Origin: Saprolegnia diclina VS20 | Taxonomy: Eukaryota | NCBI RefSeq assembly: GCF_000281045.1 | Contig: NW_008246104.1 | Span: 160,557 to 224,556 of the forward strand | Direction: 5' to 3' | Length of the DNA: 64,000 bases | Shown here: positions 1 to 11,480 of the stretch, one piece after another | How the letters are laid out: each line of letters opens with the position of its first letter | How positions within the stretch are numbered: the stretch's first letter is position 1 | Translations under genes and position numbers: made by a program | The notes under the pieces: generated by a model | Databases searched by the model: none | The model's input: the letters and a program-made list of their open reading frames with translations, nothing else | What the model was told of the DNA's origin: nothing

Positions 1-398
1 CGTGGATGTGTGCACGCGCCATCGCAGTGTTCGTCCAGTGACAGCCCGTGGCGTGTCCCAACGTGCTGCGTGCGGGAAGAGCAGCTCCTTCTTGCCATAT
101 CCTCGGCCGTCGCACGGTAGGACTTCGTTGGTCGTTGCTGTCGGCGTTGTCGGTGCCAAGGGCCAATTGTCGGTTCCAACCGGTCGGCTGCAAGAAAATG
201 CAGCCTTTGAACTTGGTGCGTGGGGCTTTTATGAACATATATTTACGTAATAAAATGTACAATATTGTCTGTCAACTCGACGCGCGATGCTTCGAGGCGC
301 TATCGATTTGCTTCGTCCTCGTTCGCGACGGTTCGAGGTCTATACAAACATCAAGTGTAGGAAAGGCGCGATTTAAAACCACACAAAAAATCACCAAG

Positions 399-1905
399 AT
401 GATGTTGACCCGCCACCTGCGCCGCGCGCTGAGCGACCTCGCGCCGCGCCAAGACCCGGTCGCCAACCGCACGCTCAAGCTCCTCGAGCGCAAGAAGGTC
501 ACAACGCTCGACATTGGCATCCTCAAGCGCAAGCAGAAGCCGATCACGATGGTCACGGCCTACGACTACCCTTCGTACGCCCGTCGTCTGCAGCCTATCG
601 GTACCATTCTAACGCTAGGGCGGTGCACGTGGACCTTGCGGGCTTTGACGTGCTCCTCATTGGCGACTCGGTCGGCATGGTCGAGCTCGTACGCGATTGA
701 CGGCGCGGATTGAATTGCTCATGGATCGTATTTAGGGCATGGATACGTACGCTGGCTTGCTCCTGCCACAAGCATTGGAGTCTTAACCTTCTCGTAGCAC
801 GATTCCTGTGACCTTGGATGACATCATTTACCACTCCAAGGCTGTCTGCCGGTATTCACAACGTTCGATAATGACGATTTGGTTGACACGAGTATGGACT
901 AGTGGCGCCAAGCGTCCGCTGCTCGTGGCCGACATGCCGTTTGACTCGTGCGAAGGCCACCGCTTCGAGGCGCTCAAGAATGCCCAGCGCTTGCTCAAGG
1001 AGGGTGGCGTCGACTGCGTCAAGATCGAAGGCGGCGTCGAGCGTGCGGAAACGAGTACGTGGCAAGCCACACTCGCATCGGTGGACGATATTCCTCTCTA
1101 GTCAAGACGCTTGTCGATGGCGGTATCGCCGTCATGGGCCACGTTGGCTTGCGCCCGCAGGCCATCTCGGTACTTGGTGGCTTCCGCGCGCAGGGTCGCA
1201 CAGGTATAGTGTTACTCCTCGTCATTCGTCAACTCAACTTTACATCGCATGCGTAGCCAAGCAAGCCGAGCAGATCATTGAAGACGCACTCGCGGTGCAG
1301 GTAGATCTTTCTTCCTCTCGACGCCCTTCTGACTCGATTCCGTGTATTTGTAGAAAGCTGGTGCATTTGCCGTCGTTGTCGAGTGTGTGCCGTCGGTAGG
1401 CAACATCGCTCGGCGTGGCTTTTGTGAAAATCACGATATTCTAGGTCGTCGCCAAGGCCTTGACCGAGATCCTCGACATCCCGACGATCGGGATTGGGTC
1501 CGGTCAGCACACGAGCGGCCAAGTGCTCGTGTTCCACGACCTGCTCGGCATGCTCCAGCACCCGCACCACGCCCAGGTAGACAAAATATCGATGTATCAA
1601 GTATTCGACAAATTCGTTTGGCCTAGCACGTCCCCAAGTTTTGCAAGAAATACGCGGACGTGGGCGAGCGCATCCGCCAAGGCCTCGAGGCGTACCGCGA
1701 AGACGTCGAGCACGCACGCTTCCCGAACGACGACTATTCTCCGTACAAGGTATGTATTCCTTATAGCTGTGCGGCAGCGTCATGTAGTACGTAGATGTCC
1801 AAGGACGAGCAGGCCAAGCTGGCGGCGCTTGTCGACACCAAGTACGCCAAGCAAGCGGACGAGGCGGAAGAAGTGTTTGTCTCGGAAGTCTCCAAGGTCT
1901 ATTAA
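399..1905 (+). CDS. panB: Ketopantoate hydroxymethyltransferase, multi-exon, probable mitochondrial presequence
   Basis: Spliced exons give [69 protein letters not shown]-terminus [12 protein letters not shown] is Arg-rich. Confidence 0.95.
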
Positions 1906-1916
1906 CACGAGCAATA

Positions 1917-3443
1917 TTACTCCTTCTTGGCCTTGTCCTTGAGCCGCTCCGATTGGCGCGTGGGTTTGGGCGACGCTTTTGCTTTCTTCTTTCCCGCCTT
2001 TTTGGTCGACGGGCTCTTTACTGTCGTCGGTGGCGGAGTGCTGGCCGCCGTCTCGTCACCCGTCAAGAGCTCAGACACTGGCTCGGCCAGTACTACAGGC
2101 GGACAGCTATCGACAGCTACTGGAGTGTTCTCGACCACGCCACTCTCCGTAGAGCTAGCAGCCTCATCGGTACGCTTGGGTTGTGGAAGAGTGTTGACCA
2201 AAGGCTCAGCGACTTCATGGCTTGCGCCCTTGGCGCGATACGAGGCGGCGGCAAAGCACACACCGCCGAGTGCAAGCATCGCCACCGCCCACTGCATAGG
2301 TACAGTATACGTTGGCGAGGCAACCGATGTGTGAAGTAGGGTTGCGCAGCTCTCTTTGGCCTGCAGAGCTGACGTGACCTCCAGACCCTGTCAAGAGTCG
2401 TCGTCATTGTAGCAGTCCAAAAAACAAACCTCGGAAATGCGCCCAATGAGCGCCGATGTGGTAAACTCGACACCTATTGTTTGCATGAAAGAACGCGTTT
2501 ACACTGACATCCACGTACCGTCAAAGGCCCACGCAGCTTCCATGTACACGCGCCACGGCGATCCTTTGATCGGTGCTGACGTCGTGAAGAGGAAGAGGAA
2601 GACCGTGCCCGTCGTGTCGATCGTGTCCCCTCTCGCGGCTTGGAACGGCGCGCTAGATGCACATCGTCGATTTGCTGTGGGCGATGATCCACTGCGAGAC
2701 GCACCGCTTGCCTTGGAGCGCATCCAAAAAGATGTCGAGCGCCGTGAGCTTGGTCGACCTATATGTAAATGGCATCAACGACGTTGGAAGTGGCGTGGAA
2801 TGGCGTACGGCAATGCCTGCAGATTCTCGACGACCAGCATTGAGCGCTTGGGGCTAGCACGGACAACGCTAACGAGCTTGCTGTGGATCTCTCGCTGGAT
2901 CTCGCTCGTCGAGTGGTGCGACAACTACGAGCTATAAGAACTGTGCATTTTGCACTAAGATTTGACGTACGCCCGCGAGGTCCACGGTCGCAATAGGCGC
3001 CGATGAGCTGGAGTCGCCAAAGTATGTACGCGCCACAATGTCGCGCGATAAGGAGAGCTCCTACGCACCAAGTCCTTGCGGCGAGAACAAGGAGAGTGCG
3101 GTGCGCACCTCATGGGCATTTTCCGACAAGAGCAGCAGTGACAATGGCCGCGAGCGGTCGGTTCTACGAGCACTGCATTAGCTGGGCGACGCTGAGCAGA
3201 CGACGGACTCGAAGGCGATCATGGCATCGGGGAGATTGGCGTGGACGCTTGACAGACATGCGACTAGGCAGCATCGTTGGCGCCTGCAGTGGTGCGAGTC
3301 GAGTGCTAACCAGATGCTTCAACACGCTGGACGAGCGCATCGCCGACATAGGCCGCGCTCGACACGGTGTTCGTGCTGAGCACGAGGGCGAGGCCAAGGA
3401 CAAGGGCCCGAAGACCGCCAACAGAGATCGTCTTGCGTTGCAT
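1917..3443 (-). CDS. Type I membrane protein with degenerate torsin-like AAA+ luminal domain (LAP1/LULL1-like)
   Basis: GT-AG splicing gives a signal peptide ([23 protein letters not shown]), then [10 protein letters not shown]..., [26 protein letters not shown] and ALIGRISE, a TM helix ([16 protein letters not shown]) and a basic tail. Gene model is well supported; family call is tentative. Confidence 0.6.
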
Positions 3444-3981
3444 CCTGCCTGCGCTGGAAAATTGAAGCGCGAGGACGTGGTTCGATTCGGATATGTCCTG
3501 AAATCCGAATCTCAACGTAGTGATTTTCGGCGGGGTTGTCACAGCAACCTCGTTTGAACTTGAAAAGCATTTGGTTCTTTGGCTTTCGGCGGCGTGGCTG
3601 ATGGCGCAAGCAGCGTCCCAGCATAGCACCTCAACCAACAAATACCTTGACGTGATTTACTTATATATACTTTATAAACTACCACCGGGGGTGCATGAAT
3701 CAGTTGATGCATGAGGACTGAAGATGGAGGAATTCCCGACGCCCGACGACGTCGTGGTGTTTGCGCGTTAATTGCTACGTGCTTTTAATCCACTCAAATT
3801 CTCTAATTATAGGTTTGTATAAGATGCGAATAAAAATATACCGGGCGACAACTTCAACGTGGGCAATTAAATACAGCTGGTTTAACTATAGCCACGTGTG
3901 GCGCGCATTAAATTGCGATCCGGATCCGGATAGCCCGTTGCACTTGGTTGCGTTCACTTTCAGAATCTCGACATCTGCAGC

Positions 3982-5367
3982 ATGTCGTCTGTCTCGCGCT
4001 TCGCCACCCGCCTCGCCCGCCCGCTCTCGCGTGGCATCTCGTCGACGTCGCATGTCGCCGCCGAGGTCGTCTCGCGCAACCACCCGACGCCCGTCACCAA
4101 CCCGCACGTCGCGACGCCGCAGACGGTCTCGGTCATTGGCGTGCCCATGACCCGTATGCCCTTGCTGCTCCTAAAAGCTTGTCGCTCAGCCTTTCTGCTC
4201 ATTTTGTAGATGGCCAGCCCTTACTTGGTGCTGATTTTGGCCCGGACATGCTTCGCAATGCTGGCCTCCACAAGGTCATTACGGAGCTCGGCTGGTGCGT
4301 CGAAGAGAACGGTACACTTACACTTGCATTTTGTGCTATCGCCACGCAACAAAAGCTGCATGATATCGTCGTAGGCAACCTCAACATCAAGCCGCCGACC
4401 GCAAGCGACCCGGTCATGGACCCCAAGTACGGCCAGGCCAAGCGCAGCTTTGCAGGTCATCATCGACTGTTGAAATGTGTGGGGCTCATGCAGGCGACTA
4501 GTTGGCAACGGCTTGAAGCAGCTCGCAGATGTCTACGAGGAGAAGGCCAAGCAAGGCAAATTTACGCTCGTGCTCGGTGGTGACCACACGATTGGCGCGG
4601 GCTCGCTTGCGGGTCTCCTCCGCGCGCACCCGGACGCTGGCATCATCTGGGTCGACGCGCACGCCGATATCAACACGCCCACGACGTCGGACTCGGGCAA
4701 CATGCACGGCATGCCGATCTCGTTCCTCATGCAGAACCTCGTCGACTCGTCCAAGGTCCCCGGCTTTGAGTGGCTCGCGAATGGCCCCGTGCTCAAGCCC
4801 GAACAGCTTGTGTACATTGCCCTCCGCGACGTCGACCAGGGTAACTTGTCGCCTTTTGCTGCAAATTCCTTGAAAAACCCTGTCATTGCAGGTGAGAAGC
4901 GCATTCTCAAGGACCTCGGCATCAAGGCCTTCTGCATGCAGTCGGTCGACCGCTACGGCATTGGCAAGACGATGGAGATGGCACTGGACCACCTCTGCGG
5001 TGAGAAGGAGCGCCCGCTCCACATGAGCTATGACATTGACGCCGTCGACCCTGTTGACGCTCCGTCGACGGGCACGCGCGGTAGGGTCCCCTTATCTGCA
5101 ACTGCGGTCGGACAGACGTAACTCTTTTAGTGCGTGGCGGCCTCACGTGGCGCGAAGCCAACTACGTTGCCGAAGCGGTGGCCGAGACCAACCTCGTACG
5201 CCGCTCGATATGCTACGCAACCCGTTCTCATGCGTCTACCTGTGTAGCTTGTGGGCTTGGACATGGTCGAAGTCAACCCGTCTCTCGCGCCGGGCAAGGG
5301 CGCCGACCTCACGGTGGATATGGCGCTCCTCCTCATTGGCTCAGCGCTCGGCCGTCGCATCCTCTAA
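3982..5367 (+). CDS. Arginase (ureohydrolase), probable mitochondrial presequence
   Basis: GGDHT, WVDAHADINTP, SGNMHGMP, SYDIDAVDP, TGTR..GGLT and LDMVEVNP motifs across short introns. Confidence 0.95.
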
Positions 5368-5466
5368 GCCCTTTTTTACTACTAGTCTACTGTCGACTTG
5401 TCCATAGATTAACTACTACCAACTACGAACAGCATGCGCCGTCTTAAACATACCGGCTATAGTGTT

Positions 5467-6165
5467 TTACTTGGATGGAGTTGTGAGCGTGACGACGAGA
5501 ATGGTCGTCGACGGATGCGTCGTGAGGCTCGCTGTCAAGTACGCGCGGACACTGGCCGCCTCGAGAAAGGGCTAGACGACGCAGGCGTGAAACACGCAAC
5601 TGCTGATAAGTCGTAGTCGTACCTCTGGCGCCGCGAGCTTCGAGTCGAGGTTGTAGAACGTACCATGGACCTATGTACCCAGGCGGTAGAAGCGGGCGAC
5701 AGCGCCAACGACGCACCTCGCGAATGCAGAACCAGTGACGCGACTGCCAAAGCCCCAACAAACTCGACTGCGGCACGTTGCAGATGAGGCCGACGCACGT
5801 CTCGAGCGGCAGCGCAGTGAGCGGTTTCCGCACGTCAAAGTAGCTCACCGTGTACCCTAGTCATCGTCTCAAGCAGCCCGTCGTCGGCATGGACGCAGTA
5901 GGTAGCACCTTGGCGAAGCAGCGCAAGACTAAGGACCTCAATGTCGTAGTTGCCCAAGAGGCCGCGATGGGGGTTGCGCCACGTGCTCGGGCAGAGCTCG
6001 GCGCAGAGCGCGTCAAAGTCGCTCGCCTCAAAGGCGCGGCCTACGCAGAGCGCGTTGCTGCGTCAGACGTGGCGAGGTTCGCATACGCTGCAGGAGGTTG
6101 TTGGCTGCGTGTACGCCGCAGCGCATGAGCTGCTGCGGCTCGTGGTAGACGTCGGCCGTTGCCAT
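5467..6165 (-). CDS. Josephin-domain deubiquitinase (JOSD1/2-like)
   Basis: Spliced product MATADVYHEPQQLMRCGVHAANNLLQ...GNYDIEVL...SRHWFCIR...NLDSKL; Cys/His/Asp triad present. Confidence 0.88.
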
Positions 6166-6521
6166 CGTTCTGCGTTCTGCATGCGATCCGGCGCTTACAA
6201 ATGGTACCCTTTTTTGTCACATGGAAGAGGCAAGGCGACTAGGTAGAGAGATCCTAGTCGAGCGCCAAATTGCCTTTTCTTGTCCACGAGCGTCGCCGTG
6301 TCGCACAAGAAGGCTTCAAAGTCCACCCACGTCAACGCTGTCGGTAGCTCGCTTCTCACATGTAAAGCATGTCGACGCGCACGCTGACGCGCCTCGTTGG
6401 ATGCTCTCAGCTCTTATTTGTTGCATTCCATACTAGGAGCGGTGGGTCACTCTTGGACGCATCACGTGAATGAGCTTGTTGACGGAAGAACATTGGCGCC
6501 AAGGGCCATTTCACTGCTGGT

Positions 6522-8031
6522 TTATGCGCGCGGGGAGCCTTGCCGGGCCGCGACAGCGTCCCAGTTGTTGGGCGGTTTGGTTTGGACGATCCGCGCCGCT
6601 GCAATGGTGTCTTGAATACGCTGGACCAGCTGTGGTCGAAACCGTGGGTCGGTCATGTGGCGGGCACCCTGGCCGACCAAGCACGCCTCGTTCAAGCCGG
6701 CACGACGCGCTTCTTCGCTTCTTTGGGTGCGCCGCGGCGTCACGTGCGATGGAATGCGGTCGATCAAGAAGGCTTCCTTCTCGTTCCACGACGCATTCGG
6801 AGCGACTGCGTACTGTTTCGATGCCCGCCAGTACGGCGAGAGCACGTCGTTGCCATTAATGTAGAGCAGTCGGGTCGCATCTGTCTCGGTCTCGATGGGC
6901 AAGTAGTGCGCGAGGCTACCGCAGAGCGTGTCGTTGTGCAGACGCATGTCTTCTGGCAGCGCCACGTTGGCGGCCGCAAACGGCGAAAAGGCGTACGGGG
7001 CGTCGGCAAGGGCAAAGGCCAGCCAAAAGTACTCCTTGTCGCCCCTATGTATAGTATTAGTTTAGTAGGAAGCAGCGATGTTGCACCAACCACGAAAGAC
7101 CGGGTTTGTACGCGCACTCAAAGCGGAGGTGGTGCACCAAGTGCCAGAGCACTTGCCACACGACGGGGGCGACGCGTGTCTTGTGGATCAAAACGATCGA
7201 CGAGTCTTGCTCGTGGGCTGTTTTGCCCTGCCACGCGCTTGACGCGCGCAATTGGCTCGAGAGATGGGGCTGGCGCAAGCCGAACGCACTGTATGGAAAG
7301 TGCTGGAACAAGTGATGCAAGAGTGTCTTCTTCCGACTACCAGGTCGCTTGGGCTGCGTCATTGGCGTGTTGAAGAAGGCGGGCACATGAATCTGCCGGT
7401 CGTAAAAGAAGAGGGTACCGGTTTGGTTGTACCCGGGCATGGTCCAGAGCGTATCCGGCGACTCCAAGAAGATGACGTCCGCGTCCAGAAGCATGACTTG
7501 GTCGAACGACGTGTGGAGGAGCGAAAGGACCTTGATCAAGTAGCTCTGGTACTCGAGCGCGATCCAGTGACTCGGGAACACTCCGTTGGCCAGAAGAAGC
7601 GCACAAACGTCAACAATCTCGACGCGGCCGAGCGGATCGGTCGCCCGCAGGAGCGCCTGCGTCTCGTCCACGAGCTCGCCAGAGAAGCAGTGGTAGATCT
7701 GGATCGGGAGCGTCGAATTAAGTCGCCGAAGCTCAAGAATGAGCGAGACGCCCAGTGCGGCCATATTGTTGTGCAGCGGAATGACAATGCCGGCGCCGGT
7801 GGATGCCGATTGCGCCTGGAAGGTCGATGGACTGTACGTCGGCACGTTGAGGGCGACGTGGGGCCGCAAGAGATGCGATGCGCTTCTCTCGCCCGCGGGG
7901 AGCTGCATATAGAGAAAGGGCGCAATGCACACTAGCAGCAGCAATGGAGCGAGCAGCACCAAGGCCAGAGATGGCGGGCGACGGCCGGCCGGCCGCGCCA
8001 CTGGCCCGTGCTCAAAACGCTGCGCGTGCAT
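6522..8031 (-). CDS. Alpha-mannosyltransferase (Mannosyl_trans3/GT71-like), type II membrane protein
   Basis: N-terminal TM helix, GIVIP, MLLDADV (DxD), GTLFFYDR, HEQDSSIV; one intron near 7050-7090 restores SWGDKEYFWLA; LCGSLAHY, LLYING. Confidence 0.88.
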
Positions 8032-8509
8032 GGGATTGGCTACTTTACAAAATATAGAGCCAATCCGAGGGGCTTCAATGGCATCATATGGTACTGGATT
8101 GGGTGAAATATAGAGTGGGTTGCGTGGCTTCGACAAATCACACGCAGCTTGAGAGATACCATAATGATGAGACCTGCTGTGTGTTGCTCGAAGAGAGTCC
8201 CGTTTTCATTTTTGCCCGTGTTGTAGTAGAAAGCGAGTAGAAAGCTACAAGAAATTTGCCCAACTACACGTAGAGGGATGCTTTGCCGATAAGTATAGGA
8301 CGGTTGCCCGACACGACGCTTTGCACTTTGAACGCAGTGTGTGCGATTACCTTGGTTGAGTACTACCAAGCATTTCGATCTCAAACTGGCGTGGCAACTC
8401 TACGAACATGTAAGTCGCCTCTACGGAGCGGCTCACCTCGCTCAATACCGAGTGGCACTACGGATTGCGTCACGTCGCGTCGACAGGAGTAAATGCACTA
8501 GTCCTTAAC

Positions 8510-8955
8510 GGTGGAGCATTTATCCGGAGGTTGTATCCGGATGAAGTCCGTGCGCCGCTTGCTCAACAGGCTGCTGGCCAACTTTGGAGTTTGAAACGAA
8601 GTCTTGTTTTTCGATCTACTTGTATCGAGAATGTCGCAGGGAGTCCTATGACGAACGTACGGTGCTCGTAGCATGCCTACAACCTGTGTTATGCACCATT
8701 CAAGTTTGCCAATGCTGATACTGGATTTAGTATCAATGTATCAGTGTATCATGCAAGCACAAAGCAGAAACTCAGCTAGCTCAGGCTGTAGGCACGCTAC
8801 GAGCACCATTCTTTGGTTTTTGGACTCCCCACATCGCCGACTATTCATATAGAACGAAACACGAGACTTCGTTTCAAACTCCAAAGTTGGCCGGCAGCCT
8901 TTCGAGCTAACGGACATCATCCGGATACAGCCTCCGGATAAGATACTGCACCACC
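8510..8955. mobile_element. Foldback/MITE-like element with about 105 bp imperfect terminal inverted repeats
   Basis: 8510-8617 is the imperfect reverse complement of 8851-8955, including a perfect 29-nt match (8576-8604 vs 8864-8892). Interior is non-coding. No TSD recognised. Confidence 0.7.
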
Positions 8956-9124
8956 AAGCCTGTCCTGCCCCTCTTTCTCGCCCACGCGACGCGACGTGAT
9001 GCTATGACGCGTACGGCCAACACGTAGAACTGTACCTCCATGTGCGCAAATAGCTACAAAAGACAAGATAGCACCTATCAGTTTCCACCAGCTTTGTACC
9101 CCGCATGGCACAGGAGGTAGGCGG

Positions 9125-10147
9125 TCACAAATCTGCAGCGTTCAATTCTGAGTGCTTCGACAAAAGAGCTTTCAGTACCCTGTGAAGCACAAACAAGGTA
9201 GCGCGCGTTGCCTTGGCCGAGAGCTGCGTGCGCAAAGCACTGGCGTCCGCATGGGCTTGAACAATACTCTTTGGCGCGTTTAACGTGCCGAGCAGCGACG
9301 CGGTCGACTCCTTCTCGCGCCAAACGTGCTCGACTCCTTCTCGCGCCAAAAGTGCTCGACAAGCGCCGCGTAGTGTTCAAGGACAACTACACAGGAGCGA
9401 CCGATGGTCTGCCAACGCGAGGGCCCCATCGTTGGAATTTTTGTGCGCACCGTCTCTGGCTTGTCGTCACTGTCGAGGGTCGCGTCGTCGTGGGTACCAC
9501 CGAGAGCAGACACAAGCTGCGCAATGGCCAAACGCGCAGCCTCCGGCGACTCGGTGGCGGACGCCGACCTGGCGCGGCTCGTAGCCAGTGCGTCGAGAAG
9601 GGCCTGGCGTCGCTCGGCGCTGTGGTTGATGTAGCTGACCAGCTTCTTCAGTAGCTGCATTTGCGGAGCGACAGTTGGCAGCTTAGCAAGCTTTGTACCG
9701 ACAGAGTGCAATTGATGGTTGATGGAGTCAAACGCGAGGATGTTCTTGTTCTTGGCTCGTGCTTGCGCGTAAAACCCTACAATTGTACGTATCGTGAGTG
9801 AGGCATCGACAATAAAGTGGCAATTCGCTCTGTAAATACCGTCGAGACGTCCCCGGGATGCATTGTCAAGATTGCTCAGGGACAGAACATTGGTCCAAGG
9901 AAGGTTGTATGCTTCCAGCACGTCCGAGACGAGCTCAAACAGCGCAGCGCAATTCGGCTTGCGCGAGCAGTTGACCACGCCGATACACTTGGCGTCCAGG
10001 GGCTTGGAGGTGGGGTGCGTAAACGACACGGCTATCTGAAGCATCTCGCGTGCCGTCTCGAGAAGCGACACATTGACGAGCTTGATATCCTTGTGCCGCA
10101 AGAGTCACTTGTCCTTTGTGCGAACGTACGCGGCGATGTCCAAGGCC
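9125..10147 (-). pseudogene. hAT-superfamily transposase remnant, frameshifted, running into the assembly gap
   Basis: hAT-like segments CIGVVNC..ALFELVSDVLEAYNLPWTNVLS..DNAS, NILAFDSINHQLH (degenerate CxxHxL) and PSRWQT (TRW-like). A 26-nt tandem duplication shifts the frame. Confidence 0.7.
9304..9355. repeat. 26-nt tandem duplication (tcgactccttctcgcgccaaa[c/a]gtgc x2)
   Basis: Directly visible; one mismatch between copies. Confidence 0.95.
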
Positions 10148-10913
10148 NNNNNNNNNNNNNNNNNNNNNNNNNNNNNNNNNNNNNNNNNNNNNNNNNNNNN
10201 NNNNNNNNNNNNNNNNNNNNNNNNNNNNNNNNNNNNNNNNNNNNNNNNNNNNNNNNNNNNNNNNNNNNNNNNNNNNNNNNNNNNNNNNNNNNNNNNNNNN
10301 NNNNNNNNNNNNNNNNNNNNNNNNNNNNNNNNNNNNNNNNNNNNNNNNNNNNNNNNNNNNNNNNNNNNNNNNNNNNNNNNNNNNNNNNNNNNNNNNNNNN
10401 NNNNNNNNNNNNNNNNNNNNNNNNNNNNNNNNNNNNNNNNNNNNNNNNNNNNNNNNNNNNNNNNNNNNNNNNNNNNNNNNNNNNNNNNNNNNNNNNNNNN
10501 NNNNNNNNNNNNNNNNNNNNNNNNNNNNNNNNNNNNNNNNNNNNNNNNNNNNNNNNNNNNNNNNNNNNNNNNNNNNNNNNNNNNNNNNNNNNNNNNNNNN
10601 NNNNNNNNNNNNNNNNNNNNNNNNNNNNNNNNNNNNNNNNNNNNNNNNNNNNNNNNNNNNNNNNNNNNNNNNNNNNNNNNNNNNNNNNNNNNNNNNNNNN
10701 NNNNNNNNNNNNNNNNNNNNNNNNNNNNNNNNNNNNNNNNNNNNNNNNNNNNNNNNNNNNNNNNNNNNNNNNNNNNNNNNNNNNNNNNNNNNNNNNNNNN
10801 NNNNNNNNNNNNNNNNNNNNNNNNNNNNNNNNNNNNNNNNNNNNNNNNNNNNNNNNNNNNNNNNNNNNNNNNNNNNNNNNNNNNNNNNNNNNNNNNNNNN
10901 NNNNNNNNNNNNN
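10148..10913. other. Assembly gap (run of N)
   Basis: 766 N characters. Confidence 1.
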
Positions 10914-11457
10914 CGGGTGGTCGAGCTCCTTTAAAAATGTATATATATATGCGTTTTTACAGGAAATGGACCATTGTGCCGCAAAAGCAATCAAGACGCT
11001 GACAACGTGTCGACAGCGTGTTCGAGCAGCTCAACCGTTGAGTATTTTGTTGTACTACGGTCCGCGGTCTTACTGGAATTGCAATTTCAGAGTGCAAGAC
11101 GCTTCCGCGATCACGGTCGTCGCAGTTAGGTCCGAAAGCTCATTGAGCTGAAGCATTTTGCTCAAATGCACCCCTCGCATTTTGGATTCCCTCGACACTG
11201 CTATATACTCCAGCCAAAACGACAAATCTGCCGACCTTGGTTAGACTTATTTCGGCGGTGCTGAAACCCTGGCTGAAACCTCTCCATTGCATTTGCGCGG
11301 CAAGTCAGGTTGCGTGGAGCCAGCGGCATCTTGGCGCGGGTGGGAGATAGGGTTGCGACTGATTGGCAAGAATAGAATCGTTGGAGCGAATCACACTGCC
11401 CGCTGAAAAGATATGCGCCAATCACGGACGCTTCTAGGATGACTTGGATCTTCTCTC

Positions 11458-11473
11458 GCTCATTTCCTTTTTT
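11458..11473 (+). promoter_or_regulatory. Oomycete-type INR/FPR core promoter element, with CCAAT box at 11418-11422
   Basis: GCTCATTTCCTTTTTT fits the oomycete consensus GCTCATTYBNNNWTTY and ends 7 nt before the ATG at 11481. Confidence 0.65.
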
Positions 11474-11480
11474 GCAAGCC

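Noticed and set aside
9817..11151. Long ORFs in the track spanning 9.8-11.1 kb
   Set aside because: Artefacts of translating through the N gap.
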